This document shows positions 1 to 13,560 of a DNA stretch of 64,000 nt, piece by piece (position 1 is the first letter of the stretch; every line of letters begins with the position of its first letter). A program made the translations under genes and the position numbers. The DNA is from Chrysomallon squamiferum. Lineage: Eukaryota > Animalia > Mollusca. A model generated the notes under the pieces. The model searched no databases. It had not been told where the DNA came from and worked only from the letters and a program-made list of their open reading frames with translations. The stretch covers positions 1,054,001-1,118,000 of the forward strand of contig CM022665.1 of NCBI GenBank assembly GCA_012295275.1, in the 5' to 3' direction.

Positions 1-1397
1 GTTTTAAAATATTTGAACGCCGCCAATTCTATACAACTCGATCGTGACGTCATTCTGTGCTTGGCGATCTAACAGCTATATTTCTTTCTGACGCCAGAAG
101 AAACGTTATTGCAAATAGATTCTCCCTGTACGACATGACGTCACAGAAACGTAGCAGTCTCAGAGTTGCTACATAAAAAAAATCAGAGAAACCTAAAATC
201 CATTTAAACCGAATTATAGCTGATAGCCTAATGCGATGAACTAAAGTTCGCTGAAAGATATCTTTGTCGAGTAAAACAATTTAAATGTTCAAGAAAGTTT
301 TGAAAATAGAATTCAAATATTAAATAAAATTAATAAAAAACAAAAACAAAATAAATAGAAAAATAAATTAATAGCAATAAATATAATGCAAAATATTGTT
401 ATTGCTTTGTATTTTTTCTTACTAATTTTTTTCTGATTTTCTTCTTTTTACTAATTCGGCTAGATTATTTTCTTTTATAATTAGTACGAAAGAAAAATGA
501 ATCCAGACATCAGAATCAAATAGCCCTCTTGAAAGATGCTACAAGTATGGTGTTTTTATTTTTTTGTTTATTAGTTCTGTTTTATTTTGTTTTAGTTTTT
601 TTAATTATTTAAAACGACAGTGTTTCTAAAGGAGACTTTCACATATGGCTCTAATTTCTCTTCTGCACGGAATACAGAGATGTAGTATTGATTTCACAAA
701 AAAATCTAGTCAAAAGTTCACATTTATGTTATTTACGCAGATGATTAAAACCCGAGCTGATTTATAGTAGAAAACACAAATTTAAACTGTACATTAAATA
801 CTAGAACATGAATAGGAACTTAGGAAGATACGCGAAGTCTGATTTATTTGTTAACATCAAATAAATAAAAAGAAAAAAAACGCCCAAAACTAAAAAACAA
901 ACTTTGCTACTTCGACTCTCTTGAGAATAAACAAAACCTTCCTAAAAGGATGTGAAATGACATTTGTTTGAGGTACTCAGTGGGTCATATATCAGTGGCT
1001 TTACGGACAGCACCAGGCCTGTAATGCTTTAATAAAGTCTAAAATCAATCATTCATCCATTTCTAAAAGGCCAGCGACAGTTCTCGAAATGAATGGCAAA
1101 CAACAAGTATTCAGGTTTTAAAGTGATGTGTCATTTTGAAATAATTAAAATAAAAGTGCCCAAACTTCAGAAAGTAGATAACAGACTAATTTCAAATCCG
1201 AATGAATTCAAAAATATTTTTTTCCTGCCAATAACCCGGTTGGCGAAACATTACCTGAAGTTATATAATTATCTGAAAAGTGATTTTCTTTTAATTATGT
1301 GAGAAACTGTTAAAGACTTTTTTCTGTGGATCGTCATCTCGTGTATCTTGATATAAACACAGCAGCATGTCTCAAACCAGTTTAGAAATAAACTTAC

Positions 1398-1523
1398 TGT
1401 AAAACTTCCCTCTGAGCTTTGAGATGTTGATGTCAAAGATTCACATGAGTTTTGGCTTCTGCAATACAATATAACAGCTTCCTCGGGAATAAAACTCAAC
1501 TTCTCATCTGTGAACTTGCTCAT
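1398..1523 (-). CDS. Candidate coding exon of an unidentified leftward gene (MSKFTDEKLSFIPEEAVILYCRSQNSCESLTSTSQSSEGSFT)
   Basis: aaacATG, 42 codons, then a phase-0 ACA|gtaagt donor; upstream acceptor ctttatcag at 1543-44. No recognisable homology. Confidence 0.3.
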
Positions 1524-2671
1524 GTTTCTCTTACGAAAATAGCTGATAAAGCCTAAACAAAATAATCTAATATAAACGGATGACCTTACAACAGATAATT
1601 TCTTGTGGTGATGTAACACTTGCAAAACCAGTGCAAAGAGAGCGAGTATATATTTATTACATATATAAAAGATATTCTAAAATGTAAAAGTATTGTTGTA
1701 GTTCGGTCATATTTGCATTTGGAAAATTTCAACAAGGTAAAAGAAATGTAATCTGTTATAATGATATGACCTAAAATACGATAATGAAATACGAAAATAT
1801 AAGCGAATCTGTGCGGTCAAATCTGCATTAGGAAACTGTCTAAGTTAAATATATTGTACGAAGTTTAAACAGTGTGAGACGTGGCTTCACTTCAAACCTC
1901 ATTTTGAAGAAAACTATTGAATCTCAAGAGGCGGAGTAGACAGCGTTTTTTTGTCTGGATGCTGTCTCCATAAATAACATCATTTCGAACATTTCAGATA
2001 AGATTTCTATTTTTTTTTAAAACATCACAAGTTAATTAATGAAGCTAAACTTAGTACTGCAGTATGTGAAGTTTGATATGAGCACTGTCACACAGTTATT
2101 AGAATGATGAAAGAAAGTAACTATTCCGATTTCAGTGATCAACTAATTGAGAGTAAAAAAATTTTTTTCTCAGATAAATATTTAAGTGTTTAATTATATG
2201 AATTTGGAATATTCGACTAACTAATGTCTTTATATAAGAATGATTACAAGATAGGTATAAATATTCTGCCATTTAAAACGCACTTGTCACTGAGATAATT
2301 TCATAGCCAAGAATTTACTACGAATAGCATTTCTATTTACGTCAAACGACAATTAACCGATTTTCGAGATTCCGAACTGACAGTTTCCTGTTGATCCCAA
2401 AGTACGCACCCAAATTCATCATTTTTCATTATATTTCACATCTCCTGGTAAAGAATGTGAATTTTGGAACCAACATCGAAATTTAATTCTTCGTAAGTGC
2501 CAATATATTCCGTGTTATTTGTGTCCCAGTATGTAATAAATAAATACCTAATGAAGGCAGATGATAATGATAGTAATAAGTAAACACAGAGAAAAGACAG
2601 AAGCTCAGACAGATACAGAGTGAGAAGAACGGATACTTATGTAGGAATGAATAAAGAGACAGATAAGAGAT

Positions 2672-2818
<147 letters not shown>

Positions 2819-4337
2819 CATTCATGTAATCATATCTTTTAAAGATACTATTTTACATACTTTTCGATATCTTCAGAATAATTCTCTAAATGTGAGATGT
2901 AAAATGTAGTCCAAAACAATGGGTGTTGAAATCAAATAAAATATCACATTTCTATCATTTAGTTGAAATCTGTGTGTTTAATATATATTTTTTCTGTTAC
3001 TTATTATTAACCCGGTTAAGGTTCTTGTTGGAAATATTAGACAGTGATACAAATTGTCACCTACAAATGATAATATAACAGGTATTGGATGTTTTTAAGC
3101 TATTGGGAAATTATATATATTTCTATTGATTTATCAGTGTCCATACCTTTCTTTCAATTAACCTATTTACGTTTCTGATAAACTGTATGTGTATGTGCCT
3201 CTGCATGTTTTCATCTTTTCATCCATCCATCATTTAGTCATTCATTTCTGAAATAATTTTGTTTTCTTCGTTACATCATCTTAAATAATTTACCTTCATC
3301 ATCTGTATAATTTAATATACGAAAAAACATGATATTTGTTGTAATCTGGGAATGGACAAATAAACGATTCACTGATCATGTCACACAGAAACAGCCCATG
3401 GCAAAGATTGATCCCGAGACTTGGGAAAAGACCCACGAACCATGTAAAATCTAGCCTGAGATTTTTACATTTATCATTTCATCCAGCCAAATCCTAAGCG
3501 TTCTACCATGCTCTTATTGTTTTCTTTAAACGTCTTTAATTTATTTATAATTCCAAACTGTCTTTATCCATAATGAAAAAAAATATATAACAATTCAAAA
3601 CCGCAATATCATATAAAATCGCACTGATATACTGGTAAAACTGTACCTAGTATTAATGCGATTTCCTCTTTGCTGTGTTGTGAGCTTTCGCTGCTTTCTA
3701 ATCAGTATTATTAATGACAGGACTTCACAAAACGTCCTCGGAGACTCATTTCGTGTTAATGTGGAATATTTTGACTCGGCAAGTAACCACAGTTACAACG
3801 ACTTCTGCCTAGACTTATGCATCTGAATAAAAGTTATACAAAACGAAGGAAATAACTGATTTCAGGCATACTTTTCTAATATACTTTTATTTACCACTAT
3901 TATTTAACGTTTTCACTATCTTGTTCTTCTTTGGTGGTGATTTATTTTGACTGTTGTTCTAAGACAGTATAAACACGCACTGAATTTGCACTGCTGTAAT
4001 AAGTCCACTTTTTCACCAGTGACAGTCTGTCGATAGAATACGACTATTTGTCATATTCAGGTGGTTTCATGTAATGCATCATTTATAGATTTCTTTAGAT
4101 ATCATTTACTGGAAGTGCAGGAAAAAGGATTTACTGGATAGATATTGAGAAGGGTGTTTTATATCTTTTGACAGATGTAATGGATATTGATGAGTTTGGC
4201 TTGATGAACAAATGTGTTGTGAATTTGTAATCTTAGAAAGATCACAATGTCTATCTTATTTTATTATTAGATTTGTACTATTCCAATTGTTGTTTATATT
4301 TTGTAATTTAGCAATATTCAGCTGTCTTTCTCACTGC

Positions 4338-4945
4338 CTAATCTCTCCCTCTCTTTTTCTCTCCCCTCTAATCTCTCCCCCCTCTCTCTCTCTCTCCCCT
4401 CTAATCTCTCCCTCTCTCTCTCCCCTCTAATCTCTCCCCCTCTCTCTCTCCCCTCTAATCTCTCCCTCTCTCTCTCCCCTCTAATCTCTCCCCCTCTCTC
4501 TCTCCCCTCTAATCTCTCCCTCTCTCTCCCCTCTAATCTCTCCCCTCTCTCTCCCCATCTAATCTCTCCCCTCTCTCTCTCCCTCTAATCTCTCCCTCTC
4601 TCTCTCCCCTCTAATCTCTCCCCCTCTCTCTCTCCCCTCTAATCTCTCCCTCTCTCTCTCCCCTCTAATCTCTCCCCCTCTCTCTCTCCCCTCTAATCTC
4701 TCCCTCTCTCTCTCTCTCTCTCCCCTCTCTCTCTCCCTCTCTCTCCTCTTTCTCTCTCCCCCTATAATCTCTCCCCCTCTCTCTCTCTCCCCTCTAATCT
4801 CTCCCCCTCTCTCTCTCTCCCTCTAATCTCTCCCTCTTTCTCTCTCTCCCCTATAATCTCTCCCTCTCTCTCTCTCTCTCCCCTCTAATCTCTCTCTCTC
4901 TTTCTCTCCCCTCTAATCTCTCCCTCTCTCTCTCCCCTCTAATTT
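4338..4945. repeat. Pyrimidine-rich minisatellite, about 20 units of CTCTAATCTCTCCC(CT)n
   Basis: Directly visible; unit roughly 24-32 bp with a variable CT run. Confidence 0.95.
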
Positions 4946-7590
4946 CTTTTCCACTCTAGCTCCTTTTCTCTCTTTCTCTCACAGGCATTTATTTCCTCTT
5001 TTTTTTCTCTTTGTTTTTTCATCTTTGTGATTTGATATAGATTTCAATTCGGCTAAAAAATAAATTCATTATTTTTTATTTAAGGAAAGAAGTTTAATAT
5101 ATATATTAAAAAAGTAATAATAACAAAAAACTGAAATTAGAATGGAACGGAAGTAAACGGCAAACAATTGTTCTGGAATTAAATTACCATCATCAACTTC
5201 AGGACAAAGAAACACATTGTAAGATGAGATAAAAAATAGAATTATTTTTCAATGCATATCCTGGTCTTTGTCATGGAAGAGTGAGCTTTAAGCAATCATG
5301 AGTACAAATAATTTCATAAAAAGAAGCTCATATTTCAGTCCATTTATTTCAGCCATTATCTGTGAAGAGAATACTAAATATTTAAAATTTGTCATCAGTC
5401 TCTGAGGATTGCCAAACGCCAGCCACGATACATTTAAGAAGAAACATATATGCATATATGCACGTCTTCCTCTTGTTTTGAATTTCCGCTTCTAAACAGA
5501 TTCGGACAAATCGATTAGATTCTTATATCTTTAAGCATTTAGAAGAAGAAAAGAAAATATACAAGATTAAAAATGTAACATTCCAGTATGGAGATCGCAC
5601 TGATTGTATTAATTTCATTTGAACCACTGAACTGGATATAAGAACATAACATATAACGAACCTTGAATTTGTAGTAATACAGTCTACAGAATATTATACA
5701 AACTATAACCTTGACAATTGATCGGAACCAAGTTCACAATAAATGTCAGTGTTCCTGAGATAAGGAACATCAAGCAATGAATTTTATCTTGGTTGGTAAA
5801 CATTAAAATATTGCCCAGCGGCTAGAATCTGTAGGCATGCCTTCTGATCTTTGATATTAGTAATGTCTTTTATTAAACAAAGCACAAGAACGTTCCAATA
5901 AAGAATCTGTTTTTACAACAGATGGATGTTAAGATTTAGTGTTATAAAACGTAATATTACTGTTTATTTTGTTTAAGTGTTATATTATATCTATATTCTT
6001 CGAAGCGAAAAATGGATCATATATCTAAAATACTATCGTCATCATCATTAATTATGTTGATGTAGATGATGATGATAATAAATACTTGAAGGAATAATAT
6101 GTTTTAAAGTGAAGGTCTTTCAAACAGTTTTTATTTTGAGTGTTGATGTTCTTCAAAATAATATCATCCTTTGACTGCTGAATGGACAAGAATGGCTAGA
6201 ATAAACATTTCATGTTACTTACTTAGTAACTACAACCTTCTTCATCAGTTTAATCGCTTTATCGCAATTATAAAAACTTTAAATTAATCAGATCATAATA
6301 CATGTATTTATAAATAGAACATGATAGAAACATGAGATCAGGGCTTCTTCATACTCATTTTATTAAATTATTTTACGACAAAAAACAAAAAAGAACATCC
6401 ATCAAATGTTTCATGTTTATTGGATATTAATATGGAAATTTCGGGCCACGATAAAATGCCTGAAAGAACGACGCTGAAGAAAAGCTGACAGGAAGTACCT
6501 GTAAGGACATAACGTATAAAATATGAACAAAATTACTAAGCAAAGCTTTCGCAATGCTTTGCCAGACAAGCGGTCTCTGATATTTACAAGTTTTTAGAAG
6601 ATTTGGAGAATGGTATTAAGTAGTTTGATTAATGGAAACATTAAAATTATGATCTGCGTTATTTATAATTTCTTTTAAATTTTTCAGCCATAATACTTTA
6701 TTTCTTTCTTTTTAAAAATCTGTTTAGTGTATTTATATGATACACATTTTGCTAATTAATAAAGCTGTAAAGCGTAATTAAACGAATAAATACAAAATAT
6801 AAATAAATAAATAAAACATTTCAAATGGGTTTTCTTAAACTATGCCTTGTTCTATATATATCCAAATCATCGAGCCTTAAAATGAAGCTGAAAAATAAAT
6901 GAGCAATGTCAATTATCTGAATGTTTTAATTGGTCCACTCCCATATTGTTCGGAATTAAAGATTTTTTTTTTTTTTTTTTTGCAATAATTAACTTTATCA
7001 GCTTCATATAAAAGCTTTGCTATGTACTGGACCGGAACGCAAATCGTCAAGAACTAAAATAATTTAAACTGATTCGCTCGTCGTTAGCTGGAGCGTACAG
7101 GCCCAGCATTAACCGGCTGAAGAACTTCCTTCCGGTTCATTTATCAGCGAGTACTAGAGTCTAAGGACTTTTCAAGATTGTCGTTCATTTCGGTACCAGA
7201 CACTGAAAATGAACTAGTTAAGCTGTGACATGAAAATAAATTTCAATGTTGCTGAATTAGAAAACGGAGGTGAAGATGGTGCTTGCGACAGTTGTGTGAT
7301 TAAGGCGATGGAGTGGGTGGTTTTTTGTGTGCTTTTTCTTTTTTGTTACAGCTTTCCTCTCTCTTTTTGGTGTCATCCTTCTTTTCAACTTAATACCCTC
7401 ACCTTTCTTTCTTTCTTTCATTTTACCTCTCATTCTCCTTCCCTTTTCCGTTCTCTCTCTCATACACTCAACCTTTCAGTATTCATTTTTCTTTTCTTTT
7501 CTTTTTTTTCTCTCTCAGCCTTTTGTCTTCTTTAATTCTCTTTGTGCAAATATGTATGTTTGTGTTTCGGTGTCTGTGTATCTGTGTATC

Positions 7591-7606
7591 TGTGTGTGTG
7601 TGTGGC

Positions 7607-7694
<88 letters not shown>
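7591..7694. repeat. (TG)n-(AG)n compound microsatellite
   Basis: Directly visible. Confidence 0.97.
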
Positions 7695-7698
<4 letters not shown>

Positions 7699-8687
7699 AT
7701 TCTTTTTAAACATTAATGCGATTTGTACCATATATGAAAAGTAATGGGATGTGCTATCTTTTTTATGGAGATATGCATTTTAAAATACTATATACTCTTA
7801 AATCATTATCTAACATATCTGATTTATGTTAAAACTGGGATAACTGAAGATATTTTTGTGTTGCTTAGCCCTAAATGCAAACTGCAGCATAAGCATGCAG
7901 TAACACACAGTTAATTAGTTTTGTATTTTGTCTCTTTGCTCCACGAGTCACTCGCGGAAGCATTAAAAATCCATTTCTTTCTCAACCCAGGGGAAATTTC
8001 GCAAAACAAGATTAAATTATCAATGTTCGACTTCTTGGCAGCTTTGTTTTATATCGCTGAAAGAAAAAAATCACAGTTTCTGGTATTAAAAAAATAACAA
8101 AACAAAAAAAATAATAATAACTTGATATTGTTTTTTTATAAATCTTTTTTACTCAGATATTATTTCGTTAAAAAGAGAATGAAGACTGCACAGAAGAAGA
8201 AAGAGCATTAATAAAAACAAAATCAGATTTTTTATAATTAATAACAAATAAAAAAGATTCCTGCCAAATAAGAAGTAGAAGAAGAAAAAAAACATGTCGT
8301 GCAAAATGCAGGCCTAAATGCAGGAAATAACTGTTAACACAAAAAACAAGAGCATATATGAAGGGCGCGATATGTGATTTGACGCTAATAAACAGAAGTC
8401 ATCATGTCAGGAAAAATAACGAGGTTAAACGAATCAGATTTTCTTTGATTTGCAAACGTTTTCTTGGTATGAAATGCCAGTTTTAACACTGGATTTCATT
8501 TCTGAAAATTATGAGTTTGAAGTTAAGTAGAAGTCTCCAATTATAATTAAGGAAAGCAAGAAGAAGAAGAAAATAACATTAAAATGGGCTTGGCTACAAA
8601 TGTGATGACAGTGTGAAAATGTTATTGTTTATATTAATGTTTCAGTAAGCTGTTCCTTATATATATAAAAAAGAATGTATACGCATA

Positions 8688-8885
<198 letters not shown>

Positions 8886-9749
8886 ATTAAACAGATAGTG
8901 ACATATTTATATAAACTATGTTTTAAATGCATACATTGTTACTGGTTACTATGGACAATCAAACATACTTAAGTACAAAGCCTGATACATGTATTATTAA
9001 TGCAATGCTCAGAAGAAGCATTAATTCATTGGTTAAATTACGCTGAGATTCGAATCAACAGGCTTGAACTTTGTAATGAACTCCCTCCAAAAAAAAAGAC
9101 TCTTACCAAAGGGAAATAATTCTGCAACATCCTGCACCTCAGGCAAACTTTTCTCATTTTTGTTTTTTTAGTTTCTCAGATATAAATGCAGCTTTAAATG
9201 GCCCCCGAAAGCTTCCTCCACTTTGGAAGAAGCTTGGGGGCATTCTGTCACTGAGATCGATAATCTAACTTACATTTAATATTTTACTGACTTTCTACTG
9301 AATACTACATTGTCTACTTTGCCGATACGACGCTGTAAGCCAAAGAAAAAAAAAAAGTTCTGACAGACAACCTTAAAAATGGAACCAGAATTGATGATTG
9401 GAGTATAAACATGAAGGCAAATCTAAGAGAAAGTAAATTATATACTTCTGACATTTTAATAAAAGTGTCATTAGTTCGTCGTCTTTTATTATATTTTATG
9501 TCTTCGATTAATGCTGACTCCGTCTTCAAAATCTAAAAGCTCTTGAATGCTTGCCAGAGAGAGTTCGTTGAGTTTAAATAGTTATCAAAATATCTGCGAT
9601 ATCAGACATGATTTCTGTTTTTAACATTATTTACAAAAAATAAACCTCGTAATAGTAATATCTAATGGCCACTAAAATATTAGGATATAATTTAGTTGAA
9701 TTAAATGCCGCAGTTTAGGCTGAAAGGTTTGATCCAGTGGTGTAGCTGA

Positions 9750-9865
9750 ACACTTTGTGTTAAACTTGACTGATCTGAGCTGATTTTGTGGAAAGTTATC
9801 TCAGAAATGATGTGGACAGGGGTGCAGTTTCGCTGCTTGCATTTGGCGCTATTTTCCGTGGATGT
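9750..9865 (+). repeat. Interspersed repeat fragment (copy A), inverted relative to 15725-15840
   Basis: tgttaaacttgactgatctgagctgattttgtgg versus revcomp of 15800-15833 tgttaaacttgactgatttgagctgattttatgg (2 mismatches). Confidence 0.7.
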
Positions 9866-12077
9866 TCCCCTGCTTTGATCCTGTAGTGTTTTTGTATTAT
9901 CTCCTTTTCTATCTCTTTTTTACACTTCATAGAATGTTCAAGTGATAAAAATACTGAACGTTGCATAAAAATAAAGACAGAAAAGAAAAGAAAAAAAAAA
10001 GAAGAAATAACACATTACCTCCGAAATCGTTGTTGTTGTCATCATTACCATTGTCTCATTTTTATTGTTATAATGAAAAGCTAATTTATATAAAGAAGAA
10101 ATAAGAAGAAGAAAGAGAAAACATTTCAATCATAAAAACCTTTGTATCCCTTACTGTGGTTTGCTCAATTAAAAGAACATAATATGTATGTTACAGCAGT
10201 TCACTGATTTTAAAATAAGAATTTTGCTCATATAAAACATGATTTTAGATCTCTCGTGAAGCTGTTTATATAACGTTCGGAACATTGTAAGAACGATATT
10301 TTTACAAATAAAATAATAAATAAATAAAGTTTTAAAAAAGACAAAAGTAAAATCTTATAAATTCATAGCCAACAAAAGACAGATATTGCTCGTTATTATT
10401 TACAGGACTGGACTTGGACGTTTATATTCATACATTTAACTTAATCAAACGAAACACAGTCATTGTCTCTAGCTTTTAGAATAAGAGTAAAATTGTTTTG
10501 CTTATCCAAAATCTGTAAATAATTAAATAATTTCGTCTATTTTTAGTTTAGTAAATACACCCACAGTCCACTAGACTCCAAATATAAAACTAATAGTAAC
10601 AAGAACCTCTAGCTGACGTAACAATCAGACGTCACCAGTACACCCCCAGATTGGTGCTATTGAGAAGAACACAATTACATTGCGCTCCACACCGCAGAAG
10701 CAATTTCACTTAATATATAGGACAAATGTTAGCCACTCAAATCGATTAAAAGCCAACGATCGAAACACTACTTGATCCGTGGCTAGATTGAATATAACCC
10801 TCAACAAAGGGGCGAAAATTTTACTTTAAAAAAAAACATTTAATTTAACTTATTTAATTTTTTTATTTTTTTTATTTTTTTTTTTCTTTGTTTTTGTCTT
10901 ATTTTTATTTGGTTTACGGTGGTTTAGTTGTTATTTAGGTGTGGGCTGTTTGTGTTTCATTCTTCGTTTTGTTAATGTGAAAAGCGTGTGTGGGTGTGGG
11001 TGAAATCAGACTTGTTTGTTTGCTTTGTTGTGTTTAAAGTAAGCTAAGCTAGCACATTATCTGATAATACTATCATCCAATTAACTAATGAGTACTAACT
11101 GTTAGAAGAGTTCGCTATCCTATCATCCAAATGATAAGGGAACAAAGCTCAAACTGCAACGTTTTGCAGTAAATTATTTCCGCGCAACCTCTTATTAATT
11201 TAAAAAAAAAATCCCTTTATTGAAAGTGCATCAAAATAATTAAGATAACAAATTCGATTTTTACCGATTCATACACAAAAGCAATAACAACAACAATAAC
11301 TACATGACATTCCTCTAGAGGGATAATACTTATAATTTTATTTATTCCACTCGGATCTCGCAGTCACTGAAATTCGAAACGTTAAACTCTGGGACACGAA
11401 TGAGCGCTAGTGAGACCGCTACTTTGCTAGATTTAATAATGTCGACCTCATTTGTCTTTGTTGATTGTAAACTGTAATCCACCGCACATTATGCAATAGT
11501 CCCCAGTGACATGTCTGCGTCACGAAACCATTTAAGTTCCATTATCTTTGTTTCCGAATGCTTAGCTTGTTCCACATCGAAAGGATACAGCGGGTTTAGA
11601 ACTCAATAGATTGTCGAACACGCAAAACCTTTATCTCGCTTCTTTGAGAGCAATATATTTTGATAGACTGTAGTATCCTTAGCATTAAATGTTTTAATTT
11701 AAAATCAGTCTAAGCTCCTTCGTGTTTTAATTAATAGCCGACATATAACAATTTATGAATATTCCATGAAGTCGTCATTGACATCAGCAGGTTCTGGGAA
11801 TAATCAGTTAAATCTCATTTCACATCGTTGTAATATTATTATAGACTGGCGATATTTTCTTTGTGCTGAGAGGGATTTTTTGAGTGTAGAATTTCACATA
11901 GAATCAGTGTATTTGTGTGGATGTATTTTTTCTTTGTTTCGTGCGTATGCTTCTACTTGTGGGGTTTGTATTATTTAATCGCACAGGTTAATTTTCCATG
12001 AAAGTTTTACAGTATTACTGGTCTAAAACTTTGTTTACCAAATCGTGAACTTAACTACAACTGAAATGTTTAATTTG

Positions 12078-12140
<63 letters not shown>

Positions 12141-12150
12141 TTATTATTAT
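12078..12150. repeat. (ATT)n/(ATTT)n microsatellite
   Basis: Directly visible. Confidence 0.93.
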
Positions 12151-13441
12151 TTTTTTGTTTCGCTTGTTTGATTCATTGATTGCTTATTGATATACTGTTT
12201 AAATTGCAGTTGTATTTTACAATGCTCTGAATGAGTTCCAGCATACTGACGATGAAAAACAAACTGAAACGTGCTCTGACAAAACGTCGCTGAAGATGAC
12301 ATGCCCCTTATTACGACATTCACTCTAGTCGTAACACACCACTACGACGAATATGCATCAACATGCAAAATAAGGTGACGCGAAATATGAAAAGCATTAA
12401 CCGTGGTGTAGGTTGCTCAAACACGATTTTCCCCTTTTCATGTGTTGCAATTTTACTCTCCGCAAAGACCGACCATTGAACACGAATATGAAAGCTGTCC
12501 ATTAAAGAATCGCAGGCTAATGAGACAGTTCGATTTTACTCTTTCCTCCACACGGCTCCGAGCAACGAAAATGAATGTTTGTCAGAACGTCTTTCACTCA
12601 CTGCTGCTGTTTAATGGCTGTTTTCTCTGTCAAATTACTGAGAAAAAGCTCCATTATCAAAAAGAATTTCCATGCAGAGGAAAGATACATTTAAAGCTTT
12701 TCATGTGAAAATTTCAATTCACTATCTAGAGCGAGAAATATCCACCTCAGGTACTATGCCAGCATTCAAACAATATTGGACATAAATGTATTTAAAATAT
12801 TATTAGCTACGTTGTAAAAGTAGTAAATCACACTGATACCAAAACAAACTAATGTCGATGATATTCTTTTCCATAGACACAACAAAATAAATACAGTAAA
12901 AGAATCATTTCGTTTCAGTCTGTAAATGGTCGGTGGCATAAACTTTCTGACTATGCTCCTTTTTCGCCACTGCTTTTTTTTAATGAGTTGCTTGCAGGAT
13001 ATGTTTTAAATAGAAAACGTTACAAAATGTAATAAATATCAGGATATTCTGATTGAAAAATATAACATGCTGTTTATGAGAAAGAATCATTTGAAATAAA
13101 CGTAGGAGAATTTCACAGTACATTAAATTTCAGAAGCAGACATTCAATACGTGACATTCAAAACAAATTTCTATAACATTAGTCCCAGATAACTGCGCAT
13201 GACACCAGGTGTGTGTGACTGTTTCTGTGAAATGAGATAACATTACCAGCCTAACACTGCAAAACCAACGAGAAAGTGAAGATAAAACAATCTGATATTC
13301 AAAAATTTAATTGTTGCAATAAGTAATCGATGTTTTGTCGTTGCTGCTTTGTTTTTTTCTAAATTACGTTTGAGAAATATTAACATGAAATTGTACCAAA
13401 CTGCTGTTCTTTCTCTTTATCGATGTTTTCTGGCATCATCG

Positions 13442-13445
<4 letters not shown>

Positions 13446-13516
<71 letters not shown>

Positions 13517-13560
13517 GTCTCTCTGTCTGTCTGTCTGTCTGTCTGTGACTGTCTGTCTGT
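13446..13560. repeat. (CT)n/(CTGT)n microsatellite
   Basis: Directly visible. Confidence 0.97.

Noticed and set aside
45-143. Two perfect CRE palindromes TGACGTCA (45-52, 136-143)
   Set aside because: No linked TSS can be shown; such motifs are common inside invertebrate repeats.
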